Positions 36,363-45,447 of a stretch of 64,000 nt of DNA are shown piece after piece (position 1 is the first letter of the stretch; each line of letters begins with the position of its first letter). Origin of the DNA: Acidobacteriota bacterium (GTDB taxonomy: Bacteria; Acidobacteriota; Vicinamibacteria; Vicinamibacterales; SCN-69-37); the NCBI GenBank assembly GCA_005799825.1, contig SYFT01000024.1, positions 11,069-75,068 on the forward strand. The letters run 5' to 3'. The notes beneath the pieces were generated by a model, which did not search any database, was not told the origin of the DNA, and was given only the letters and a program-made list of their open reading frames with translations. A program made the translations under genes and the position numbers.

Positions 36363-37394
36363 TTAGTTTACAGCGAGCACGATCTTGCCGAATTGGTTCC
36401 CGGTGGCCAGTCGGCTCTGCGCCTCGGCCGCCTCGCGCAGCGGGTAGGTCGAATCGACAACTGGCGCGTAACGTCCCTGAAAAAACCCACCGGCGGCCGC
36501 CAGCAGTTCTGTCTTCGACCCCATGTAGGACCCGACAAACGTCAACTGCCGTGCAAACAGGTGCCGGAGGTCCAGCGAGACTTCGAATCCGGTTGTCGCG
36601 CCGCACGTCACCAGACGGCCACCCTTGGCCAGGGAACGGACGCTCTGATTCCACGTGGCCGCGCCCACGTGTTCAATCACGATATTCACCCCTCGCCCCT
36701 CTGTGAGCGCCTTGACGCGCTTCGGCACATCCTCTCGGGTGGAGTCGATCGCGTGATCGGCACCCAGGGCACTGGCCCGGGCGCATTTGTCCTCGCCGCG
36801 AGCGGTGGCGATGACTCGGGCCTGCGCCGTTTTCGCAATCTGGATCGCGGCCTGTCCCACGCCACTGCCGGCCGCGACAACGAGCACCGTGTCGTCACCT
36901 TTCAGGTGGCCGCCGGCAAACAACATGTGCCAGGCGGTCAGGAAAGTCAGCGGAAATGCCGCAGCACTGACGAAGTCGATCCTGTTCGGAATCGGGATGA
37001 TATTTTCTGCCGGAACCGCGACCATCTCGGCGTATCCGCCTGCAGACTGGTACCCCAGCACGTCATAGCGGTCGCATTGGTGATCACGATCTGAAAGACA
37101 TGCACCGCAATGTCCACAACTCAGACCCGGTTGCAGCATCACCCGCTGGCCGACCGCGAGACCCGAGACGCCCTGGCCCAATTCGGCGATGGTGCCCGCC
37201 ACATCGGCGCCTGAAACATGAGGGAGCGGCAGCGTCACGCGGTCCAGCCCACCCCGCTGCCAGAGATCCAGGTGATTGACCGCGCAGGCGGCGACGCGCA
37301 CCAGCACGTGACCGGCGCGCACCTCGGGATCGGGAGCGTCCTCGTACACCAGCACCTCTGGCCCACCGTGCGTATGAAATCTGATCGACTTCAT
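36363..37394 (-). CDS. NADPH:quinone oxidoreductase-like zinc-type alcohol dehydrogenase
   Basis: MDR fold. Motifs CAVNHLDLW, CGHCGAC, VVAAGSGVGQAAIQIA. Confidence 0.85.
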   Translation of the reverse strand: MKSIRFHTHGGPEVLVYEDAPDPEVRAGHVLVRVAACAVNHLDLWQRGGLDRVTLPLPHVSGADVAGTIAELGQGVSGLAVGQRVMLQPGLSCGHCGACLSDRDHQCDRYDVLGYQSAGGYAEMVAVPAENIIPIPNRIDFVSAAAFPLTFLTAWHMLFAGGHLKGDDTVLVVAAGSGVGQAAIQIAKTAQARVIATARGEDKCARASALGADHAIDSTREDVPKRVKALTEGRGVNIVIEHVGAATWNQSVRSLAKGGRLVTCGATTGFEVSLDLRHLFARQLTFVGSYMGSKTELLAAAGGFFQGRYAPVVDSTYPLREAAEAQSRLATGNQFGKIVLAVN

Positions 37395-37433
37395 TTCCCC
37401 AGTTCCCCAGTTCCTAAGTTCCTGAGTTTCCTA
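37393..37433. repeat. Degenerate 8-bp tandem array (ATTTCCCC AGTTCCCC AGTTCCTA AGTTCCTG AGTTTCCT)
   Basis: Read directly. It occupies the whole gap between the M16 gene stop (37431-37433) and the qor start (37392-37394). Confidence 0.9.
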
Positions 37434-38798
37434 GAACTCGATCTCGGCATCCTCGACGGGGCGATCGAGCGCTGCCAGCTGTTCCCGCCATGTCGAGGCG
37501 TCACCCACAACGACGACGATGGCATCGTCTGGTCTGATGTGACGCCGGGCGGCGGCCGACACGGCCTCGGGCGTCACCGCCTCTACCTCCGGAACAAATC
37601 GATCGAAGATATCGGCAGACAGCTCAAACGTCGCGAGCCGTGCGGCGGCGTGGGCCAGTTGCTCGGACGTTTCGAATTGACGGACAAAGCCTCGCGTGAT
37701 CGAGGACTTGGCGCGCTCGAGTTCGTCCGTCTCCGCCGGACGGCTGCCGCCCACGGCCTCGAACTCCTTGAAAATCTCGGACACGACCAGGGGGGTGGCG
37801 TCGCCCTGCACGTTCGTTTCACACGAGAACGTGCCCGATCGCACCCGGAAATCAAAGGCCGTGCGGGCACCATACGTCAGCCCGCGGGCTTCGCGCAGGT
37901 TTAGGTTGATGCGGCTGGAAAACTGGCCGCCGAGCAGCGCATTCAGCGTCACCAGCGCGTGATATTCGTCCACGTTGCGCGCCGGTCCCAGATGGCCCAC
38001 GTTCACCTCTGTCTGTGGCGCGCCAGGCCGATCCACCACAATGACGCGCGCGAGCCCCGACGACATGGCGGCCGGCACCGGGGCGAACAGTGACACGGCG
38101 GCGCTGGCCTGCCACCCGCCCAGTTGCCGTTCGGCCGCCTCAATCGCGTCCTGTGCAGCCACCGCGCCCGCAATGATGAGCGTGGCACCCAATGGGCGCA
38201 TGGCCGCCGCGTGGAACGCCCGAACGTCGTCGATCGATACGCGTGCCAACGCGGCCGATGTGCCGAGCGTGCCGTGCCCGTAAGGGTGCGCGCCGAAGGC
38301 GGCCGACAGGAACGCGCGATCGGCCACCGCGGACGCCGAACTCCTGACCTGGCGCAACCGGTTGAGCCGCATCTCACGCACCCGTTCCAGATCGCTCTCA
38401 TGCAGGCGTGGACGCGTCATCACATCGCCCAGCAGCGCCAACGCGCGCTCCATGAACCGCGTCAGCGTCGTCAGCGTGAATGTCGTGGTATCCGGGCCAA
38501 CATCAATGGACAGTTCACTGCCGAGGCTCGCAAACGCCTCGGCCAGGCCGATCGCATCAAATCGGTCCGTCCCCTCATCAAGCAAGTCGGCCACCACGCC
38601 GGCAAGTCCTGGCGCAGCCGCCGGGTCACACGCTGACCCGACCGACACCACCAGTGCGATCGTCACGACCGGAATGGTGTCGTGGTGAATGGTCCAGACT
38701 CGCGCGCCGCTCGACAGCGTGGCCCGGACCATGGGCGGGAAGGTCACGTGCGCGGGTGCGCCGGCCGCGGGCATCACAAAACGCCGATCGTCGGTCAC
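37431..38798 (-). CDS. M16-family peptidase, non-catalytic-type subunit
   Basis: M16 fold, but the HxxEH position reads GVVADLLDEGT. A GTG at 38798 overlaps the upstream stop (GTGA), so it is preferred over the listed start at 38837. Confidence 0.8.
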   Translation of the reverse strand: MTDDRRFVMPAAGAPAHVTFPPMVRATLSSGARVWTIHHDTIPVVTIALVVSVGSACDPAAAPGLAGVVADLLDEGTDRFDAIGLAEAFASLGSELSIDVGPDTTTFTLTTLTRFMERALALLGDVMTRPRLHESDLERVREMRLNRLRQVRSSASAVADRAFLSAAFGAHPYGHGTLGTSAALARVSIDDVRAFHAAAMRPLGATLIIAGAVAAQDAIEAAERQLGGWQASAAVSLFAPVPAAMSSGLARVIVVDRPGAPQTEVNVGHLGPARNVDEYHALVTLNALLGGQFSSRINLNLREARGLTYGARTAFDFRVRSGTFSCETNVQGDATPLVVSEIFKEFEAVGGSRPAETDELERAKSSITRGFVRQFETSEQLAHAAARLATFELSADIFDRFVPEVEAVTPEAVSAAARRHIRPDDAIVVVVGDASTWREQLAALDRPVEDAEIEF

Positions 38799-40099
38799 GA
38801 GGTCACCACCGCCGGCTCGGAAAGTTCCAGAGCCCATTGCCGCTGGCCCTGGGGCACCACCGACAATGCCACCGCCTGCCCGGCCGACAGAAACGTCCGC
38901 ACGGCGCGCTGGACATCGGCGGCGGTCACACGCAGATACCGATCGAGATCCTGCTCAAAGTAGGAGGGCGACCCGGTGTACACGTTGTAAGCGTTCAACT
39001 GGTCCGCCTTGCCCCCGAACCCGCCGAGCGTCTGCAACCGGTAGAGGAACGAGGCTTCGGCCTGCACTCGGGCGCGTTCGAGTTCGGCCTCGGACGGCCC
39101 GGCCGTGGCCAGCCGTTCCAACTCGTCCATCACCGCCACGCGCAACTCGTCGAGCATGATGCCTGGTGCCGCAGTGGCCACCACCTGGAACAGGCTGCCC
39201 AGTTCCCGTGACCCCTGACCGGCGCCGAGCCCAGCCGCTCGTCTTCGATCGTGCAGCAGCGTGCGATACAGGCGCGAGGTCCGGCCGTTCGCCACCAGAT
39301 CGGCGGTCACGTCGAGCACGGCATCGTCTTCGGTAAACAAGGCCGGACTTGGAAACATCAGATACAGCCGCGGCAACTCCACGCGGTCTTCCAGCAGCAG
39401 ACGCCTCGGCGCCACCGGCACTGCGGGGATCTTCGGCGCCAACAGGGCCGGCCCGGCTGGGATAGCACCAAACAGCCGCTCCACAAGGCGCATCACGGCA
39501 TCGGTGCGCACATCCCCAGCGATGGCAAGCGACGCGTTGGCTGGATGGTAGTACTGCTCGAAAAACGCGCGTGCGTTATCAACCGTCGCTGCGCGCAGGT
39601 CGGACGGATATCCGATCGTGGGCCAGTGATACGGATGGTCAGACGGATAGATCGCCTCGGACAACGCAAAATACGCGAGGCCGTACGGCCGATTCTCGTA
39701 ACTCTGGCGGCGCTCGTTGAGCACCACTTCGCGCTCGGTCTCAAAGCGCTCGGTCGACAACGCGGGCACCAGCCACCCCATGCGATCGGCCTCCATCCAG
39801 AGGGCCAGTTCTGTCGCGCCCTCCGGGACCACCGACCAATAGTTGGTGCGGTCGGCGCTGGTGGAACCATTCAACGACCCACCAGCTTTCTGCAGCGGCT
39901 CAAAAAAACCGTGTGGTTGATGCGCGGCGCCCTTGAACATGAGGTGTTCGAACAGGTGCGCCAGACCGCTGCGACCCGGCGCCTCATTGGCGGAACCGAC
40001 GTGATACCAGACGTTGACGGCCACAAGCGGCAGATGATGATCCTCATGGACCACCACCTGAAGGCCGTTCCCGAGCGTATGCTTTGTGAACGGGATCAA
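38795..40099 (-). CDS. M16-family (pitrilysin-like) zinc peptidase, catalytic-type subunit
   Basis: Inverted zinc motif HxxEH in GLAHLFEHLMFKG. Confidence 0.85.
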   Translation of the reverse strand: MIPFTKHTLGNGLQVVVHEDHHLPLVAVNVWYHVGSANEAPGRSGLAHLFEHLMFKGAAHQPHGFFEPLQKAGGSLNGSTSADRTNYWSVVPEGATELALWMEADRMGWLVPALSTERFETEREVVLNERRQSYENRPYGLAYFALSEAIYPSDHPYHWPTIGYPSDLRAATVDNARAFFEQYYHPANASLAIAGDVRTDAVMRLVERLFGAIPAGPALLAPKIPAVPVAPRRLLLEDRVELPRLYLMFPSPALFTEDDAVLDVTADLVANGRTSRLYRTLLHDRRRAAGLGAGQGSRELGSLFQVVATAAPGIMLDELRVAVMDELERLATAGPSEAELERARVQAEASFLYRLQTLGGFGGKADQLNAYNVYTGSPSYFEQDLDRYLRVTAADVQRAVRTFLSAGQAVALSVVPQGQRQWALELSEPAVVTS

Positions 40100-41181
40100 G
40101 TGATCGGCGTCAGCGGAATGGCTTTCCGCGCATAAGAGGCAATCGACACCTGTTGGGCCACTCGGGCCGCCGCGCTCGCCAGGGCGACCGCCGCCGGCGA
40201 ATCCGGCGCGGAGAGGACAATCGGATTCCCCGCATCGCCGCCTGCGCGCACGGGCTGAGACAGTGGCACGCCGCCCAGGAACGGCACACCCAGTTCAAGG
40301 GCCAGAGCCTCGCCGCCGCCCTTGCCGAAGATATCGGCCTCGGTCCCACAGCCGCCACAGACGAAATAACTCATGTTCTCGATGATGCCGATCACCGGTA
40401 TGTTGAGCTTCTGATACATCTTCACCGCGCGCCTGGTGTCGGCAATTGACACCGTCTGCGGCGTGGTGACGACCACGGCTCCGGCCACCGCTACCGTCTG
40501 GCTCAAGCTCAGCGCCACGTCACCCGTGCCGGGCGGCATGTCCACGATCAAATAATCCACGTCGGCCCATTTGACGTCGCGAAAGAACTGCGTAATCGCG
40601 CCGTGCAACATCGGACCGCGCCAAATCACCGGCGCATCGTCGGCCGTGAGGAACCCCATCGAGACGGCCTGCACACCGTACCGCTCAGCCGGCAGAATCT
40701 TGTCTTCGTCCTGCTCAAGCCGCAGACCCTTTTCAAATCCCAGCATGATGGGCACGTTGGGCCCGTACATGTCGGCATCAAGCAGCGCCACGCGACTGCC
40801 CGCTCTCGCGAGTGCCACGGCAAGATTCACGGCCACGGTTGTCTTGCCGACGCCGCCCTTGCCCGCGCCAACGGCGATGATGTTCTTCACGCACTCCACC
40901 GGAGCGCGGCCAGCTTCCGGGCGGCCCGCGGCTCGCACCTGGGCGGTCATCTCCACGGCTACACTGGTCACGCCGGGCAGCGCGCTCACAACGGACTTCG
41001 CCTGATCGCGCAGAAGATCCTTCACGGGGCAAGCAGGGGTGGTGAGTTCAACAGTGAACGCGACATGCCCGCCGGTGATGTTGACGTGCTTGACGAAGCC
41101 CAGACTCACAATATCGCGGTGCAGATCGGGGTCTTGCACCACGCGCAGGGCATCCAGAACAACAGATTCAGACAGGGCCAT
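40096..41181 (-). CDS. apbC: Mrp/NBP35/ApbC-family iron-sulfur cluster carrier ATPase
   Basis: N-terminal DUF59-like VLDALRVVQDPDLHRDIVSLGFV. Deviant Walker A GAGKGGVGKTT. CxxC (FVCGGCG). Confidence 0.9.
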   Translation of the reverse strand: MALSESVVLDALRVVQDPDLHRDIVSLGFVKHVNITGGHVAFTVELTTPACPVKDLLRDQAKSVVSALPGVTSVAVEMTAQVRAAGRPEAGRAPVECVKNIIAVGAGKGGVGKTTVAVNLAVALARAGSRVALLDADMYGPNVPIMLGFEKGLRLEQDEDKILPAERYGVQAVSMGFLTADDAPVIWRGPMLHGAITQFFRDVKWADVDYLIVDMPPGTGDVALSLSQTVAVAGAVVVTTPQTVSIADTRRAVKMYQKLNIPVIGIIENMSYFVCGGCGTEADIFGKGGGEALALELGVPFLGGVPLSQPVRAGGDAGNPIVLSAPDSPAAVALASAAARVAQQVSIASYARKAIPLTPIT

Positions 41182-41509
41182 TTCTCGAATTGTACGAGAA
41201 GCTGGCGGCAATGTCGCCCAGGTACGGCACTCGATATGACTTTCCTGGGAGGGCTTTCATGATTAGAAACACCGAGAGCGCCACCACGCCCAGGCGAAAC
41301 AGGACGCTCACCGCGCGCCAGGCGCCAACAACAGGCAACGTCGGCAGGAGCAGCGAGATAATCGCCGCCACGGAAAACGCCAGCACCGACTGCTACGCAT
41401 GGAATCGCACGTACGCGTCCTTTTTTTTCATGGAGAGGACGATGAGGCCGCTGAGGAGGCCGAGCGCGTAGGAGAGGGCCGTCCAACGATTCGGATCGCG
41501 ATTCGTCAC
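41168..41509 (-). pseudogene. DUF4870-like small membrane protein interrupted by an in-frame TAG
   Basis: The GTG at 41509 overlaps the upstream stop (GTGA). Translation reads MTNRDPNRWTALSYALGLLSGLIVLSMKKKDAYVRFHA-TAG(41393-41395)-QSVLAFSVAAIISLLLP... and continues in frame to the TGA at 41168. The conserved family core VRFHAxQS is split by the stop. Confidence 0.6.
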
Positions 41510-41910
41510 TCGCTCACCGCCACAGGAGGAACCACCACACGAGGTGGCCTGCCAAACGCCCGGCGGGCGTCGTCATTGAGCAGCACCCAGAACGTATACA
41601 CCCCGAGCGCGGTACCGAAGGGCACCACCACGAGATTGGGCACGGCCATCAAAAGCGCGATCAACCGGCCTCGTGCTTGCCGCCGCTTGAGTGCCCGACC
41701 GGTCCAGGCCGATAACCCGCCACCAACAATCAGGAAGACTCCGACCGCGGCCAGCGCCGCCACAGCCGCGCGTTCGCCCAGGCCAAACACCTCGCCCGCG
41801 AGCGAACCCCACGTGCCAGCCGCCAGAATGGAGAGAGACACGCCGGTCATGACCCCGAATGCACCCCAGACCAGGTGCAACGTGCCAAGGACATCGATGT
41901 GCAGGCGCAT
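41506..41910 (-). CDS. Hypothetical integral membrane protein
   Basis: 134 aa with four hydrophobic segments. Same strand as its neighbours and tightly packed against them. Confidence 0.6.
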   Translation of the reverse strand: MRLHIDVLGTLHLVWGAFGVMTGVSLSILAAGTWGSLAGEVFGLGERAAVAALAAVGVFLIVGGGLSAWTGRALKRRQARGRLIALLMAVPNLVVVPFGTALGVYTFWVLLNDDARRAFGRPPRVVVPPVAVSE

Positions 41911-41946
41911 ACGAAAGCCCGCGGGGGACTCGCGGGCTCGCTGGAC

Positions 41947-42177
41947 TCAGCGTGCGCCCAGCGTCACCATCAATTCGCGCCGCTCGTCGTCATTAAAGCC
42001 TTCGAGGTCGAGCGTCGCATCACACTCGTCGCACAGCAGTTCGAACAGTGCCGGCCGTCCCTCTTCCATCGGAGGTTGGACTTGCCCGTCTGCGACGCGT
42101 ACAAGGTGCATCTGGAGGGTTTTGGCGAGAAAGTTTTCGGCGTTGCCGCAATTTGAACACGTCAGAAGCATCGACAT
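41947..42177 (-). CDS. Small zinc-ribbon-like protein (two CxxC pairs)
   Basis: CSNCG ... CDEC in a 76-aa acidic ORF that starts 10 nt downstream of the addA stop. Confidence 0.5.
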   Translation of the reverse strand: MSMLLTCSNCGNAENFLAKTLQMHLVRVADGQVQPPMEEGRPALFELLCDECDATLDLEGFNDDERRELMVTLGAR

Positions 42178-42186
42178 GAGTGTATC

Positions 42187-45100
42187 TCACTCTCCTGGGC
42201 CTGGATACACGAGTTCTCCGCCTACGGCAGCTTCCGGGAACGCATGCCGGACGGCGGCCAGATACATGGCCAATTGCGCCGGGTGTTCGGGCCTGGGCAC
42301 GCCTGTCTTAAACTCCAGCACCAAGAGCGACCCATCAGGCCGGACCACCAGACAGTCAATGCTCCCCCGCACGATGGCCGAGGGTCTCTCGGGTGACACG
42401 AACGAAAACGGTACCTCATAGTGGGCCCGGCCGCCAGTGAGCCAGGCCCGGACGTCCGAGCGGTCGGCCAGCCGCAAATAGCCTTCCGCAACGGTCCCAA
42501 AGAACCGGGTTCGGTCGGCCACGTCCACCAGTTCCTGCGGACGTGCCAGGCGCGCTGCGTGAAGGGCCACAGCCATGACCGTGGATGGGCCGGCCAATCC
42601 ATACTGGAACAGCCGGTGAACAAGCGTGCCGGCCAACCGGTCACTCCTCTCACCCTCCCCGACGACGACCGTCGGGACGTCTGACATCGCGGTGGCGCTG
42701 AGAATGACGGGGGCCTCGCTCGTCAGCGACTCGCGGTCAACATCGGCCGGCGCCACGGGTGCCGGCGGGAGCGCCGGGCGCGCACCCGAAGGCGACGGCG
42801 GTTTGCACACGCGCACGGCAAACGCGCGCCCGCCGGCATCCCACATCACCTCATCGTCATCAGCGAATGACGCGCGCGTGAACAGCTGCCGCAGCGTCAG
42901 CGGGAGCAGGCTCGCCAGGCTGCGCTTGGGCGCGCGAAGCACGGCGTTTTCGTCCACTTGACCCGCCAGGTACAGGACGTCGCGTGCACGGGTCACGGCG
43001 ACGTAGAGCAACCGGCGCAGTTCCTCCATCTCGCGGCGGTCCTCAAGCCTGGTACCGTCGGTCGAGCGGAAGGCCACCTCGGGTTCACCATCCACACTGC
43101 GATCGATGACCGTCACGCCCGCAGAGCCGCTCCGGCCCGGCGCATGCAAATTGACGACAAACACCGCCGGGAATTCCAGGCCCTTGGCCGCGTGAATCGT
43201 CATCAGGCTCACGCAACCCCGCTCCTCGATGACGGCATTGGATTCGTCGCCGGCGCGCAGGGTTTCAAAGTACTCGGCCAGCCGCCCGATCGTGGTGTAG
43301 CCCCGATTCTCAATCCTGCGCACGAGCGCGCGCACCTTTTTGACATTCTCGCGGGCCTGATTGGCGCGAAGGCCCGTCATCTCCACGGCGTACATGGACT
43401 CGCGTATCACGCGGTCCACGAGCTCGCCGGCAGGCACACGATCGGTGAGCGCCAGCCACCGACGCGCACCGGCCCGGACACAATCGATCAACTGCCGATC
43501 AACGTCCGCGAGCGCTGCCGCAGGCTCAGCGTTCCCAATGATCGCGGCCGACAGGTCTGGGGCCAGCGCCGCCAGCGCGGCGTCCGACAACCGGACAAAG
43601 CGCGAGCGCAACAGCTCGGCCGCGCGGAGATTCGACTCGGGTTGCGCCAGGAACCTGAGCAGCGCCTGCAGGTCCTGCACTTCGGGCGCGTCGAAGAAGC
43701 CCAGGCCTTTGGACACGTACGTGCGGATCCCGAGTTGCTCCAGGGCTTCTTCGTAGACCTGGTGTCCGGCCCGTGCTCGAAACAGAATCGCCACGTCATC
43801 AGGCCGTGCCGCTCGTGGCGGCCCCTGGCGATCGCGCACGGTGGCTTCGGCCAGGAACCGCGCAATCTCGGCGGCCACCGCATCGGCCGCCGCCTGAAGC
43901 GATGCACCGGCGACCACGCCGAGCACGGGCCGTCCGTCGCGCCTTGCGCCCTGGGCAATCACGTCCACCGGGAAGTGGTCGCGCGCCTCATACGCGAAAC
44001 GTTCCTCAAGATCCGGGTCGCCTTCCATCCCCGATGCCAGCACGTTCACGAACGCCAGCAACTCGGCCACCGCGCGGAAGTTCTTGGTGATGGCCTGTTT
44101 GACCTGGCGACCGGGACGCAACGCCGAGATCCGGCGCGCGGCCTCGTCAAGCAGCGCGACCTCCGCATGCCGGAAGCGATAGATCGACTGCTTGCGGTCG
44201 CCCACGATGAAGATCGAGTTTTGCCCGTCGACCACACCCTCGCCTTCGCCCCAGGCCGCGATCAGCAGGTCCACCAGGCGCCACTGCTGTCGGCTCGTGT
44301 CCTGGAACTCGTCCACCAACAGATGGTGATAACGCGCCTGGAGCTTCAAACGACTGCGCGCGAACTCTTCCTGACGTTCGAGGAGCGCCACGGCGCGGTC
44401 GAGCATGCCGGAAAAATCGAGCACCGCGTGTTCATCGAGCAACCGCTGATACTGATGCACGGCAATCGTCAACACCGTCAGCAGCCCTCGCGCCAGCAAC
44501 CCATCCACGTCGCGCTCGAGCGCCGCGATCGATGCCTCGATGCCGCGAGCCATCGAGAAAAACGCCGCTTCGTGCCGCTTGCGCGCAGCGGGATTCGAAT
44601 GATCGCGCGCGTTCCCAGGCAACTTCTTCCTGGCCTCGAGCTTCTTGGTCAGGAAGTACCGTTCGAGTCGCCGTCGCAACTGAGGGACGTCGGTGACGGG
44701 AATGTCTTCCCCGCTCGCCAGTCGGCCCGCCTCGGTGGCCACCCACTGGAACTCGGCCAGGGATGACGGGCCGTCCGACACAAAAGCCTCGTGCCCGTTG
44801 AACACAGCGCGCACGCGTGAGACAAACGCCCGCGATACCTCGTCGGGTGTCTGCACACGTACTTTCTGCCGCACAAACGTGGCTACCGCAGGTACTGCCA
44901 AGTGACGCCGGTCGAGCAGTGTCGCAAGAACGCGCTGCAGCATAGTGGCCTTGATGCGCGTGAACAACAGCCGCACATTTTCGTCTCGCACCACCACGCC
45001 GCGCACGACTCGCATCGTCACATCAAGCGCTTCAGTGGTGAACCGCGCCATCTCGGTCTCATCGGCAATTTCGAAGCCGGGATCGACGCCTGCCTCGAGG

Positions 45101-45447
45101 GGAAATTCGCGCAGCAAGCCGAAGCAGAACGCGTCGATCGTAGCCACCTGAATCTCGGCCAGCAGCGCGTGAGAAACCTCGGCGCGCAGTTGCTCAAGGA
45201 TGCGCTCCCGCATCTCGGCCGCCGCCTTCCTCGTGAACGTGATCGCGAGGATATGCCGCGGCGACACGCCCAGGCGAATGAGCCGGACGTAACGATTCAC
45301 CAGGACGCGGGTCTTGCCCGTGCCGGCCGACGCCTCGAGCACCACGTGCTGCGCCGGGTCAGACGCGAAATCGCGCGCCGCCTGGTCGGGCAACACCGCC
45401 GGTGCCGGCTGGTCGTCGTCGGACAGATCAAACAGACTCATCTGCAT
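42187..45447 (-). CDS. addA: UvrD-type helicase / PD-(D/E)xK nuclease, AddA-like
   Basis: Walker A EASAGTGKT. UvrD helicase motifs (LLVDEFQDTS, IFIVGDRKQSIYRFR, LMTIHAAKGLEF, LLYVAVTRA). C-terminal nuclease motif GSIDCLVV...LVLEFKTG. ATG at 45447 or 45441. Confidence 0.85.
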   Translation of the reverse strand: MQMSLFDLSDDDQPAPAVLPDQAARDFASDPAQHVVLEASAGTGKTRVLVNRYVRLIRLGVSPRHILAITFTRKAAAEMRERILEQLRAEVSHALLAEIQVATIDAFCFGLLREFPLEAGVDPGFEIADETEMARFTTEALDVTMRVVRGVVVRDENVRLLFTRIKATMLQRVLATLLDRRHLAVPAVATFVRQKVRVQTPDEVSRAFVSRVRAVFNGHEAFVSDGPSSLAEFQWVATEAGRLASGEDIPVTDVPQLRRRLERYFLTKKLEARKKLPGNARDHSNPAARKRHEAAFFSMARGIEASIAALERDVDGLLARGLLTVLTIAVHQYQRLLDEHAVLDFSGMLDRAVALLERQEEFARSRLKLQARYHHLLVDEFQDTSRQQWRLVDLLIAAWGEGEGVVDGQNSIFIVGDRKQSIYRFRHAEVALLDEAARRISALRPGRQVKQAITKNFRAVAELLAFVNVLASGMEGDPDLEERFAYEARDHFPVDVIAQGARRDGRPVLGVVAGASLQAAADAVAAEIARFLAEATVRDRQGPPRAARPDDVAILFRARAGHQVYEEALEQLGIRTYVSKGLGFFDAPEVQDLQALLRFLAQPESNLRAAELLRSRFVRLSDAALAALAPDLSAAIIGNAEPAAALADVDRQLIDCVRAGARRWLALTDRVPAGELVDRVIRESMYAVEMTGLRANQARENVKKVRALVRRIENRGYTTIGRLAEYFETLRAGDESNAVIEERGCVSLMTIHAAKGLEFPAVFVVNLHAPGRSGSAGVTVIDRSVDGEPEVAFRSTDGTRLEDRREMEELRRLLYVAVTRARDVLYLAGQVDENAVLRAPKRSLASLLPLTLRQLFTRASFADDDEVMWDAGGRAFAVRVCKPPSPSGARPALPPAPVAPADVDRESLTSEAPVILSATAMSDVPTVVVGEGERSDRLAGTLVHRLFQYGLAGPSTVMAVALHAARLARPQELVDVADRTRFFGTVAEGYLRLADRSDVRAWLTGGRAHYEVPFSFVSPERPSAIVRGSIDCLVVRPDGSLLVLEFKTGVPRPEHPAQLAMYLAAVRHAFPEAAVGGELVYPGPGE

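Noticed and set aside
16551-37433. The octamer arrays as CRISPR-like loci.
   Set aside because: Units are 8 bp and directly abutting, with no spacers. No cas genes are present. They are simple tandem repeats, not CRISPR.
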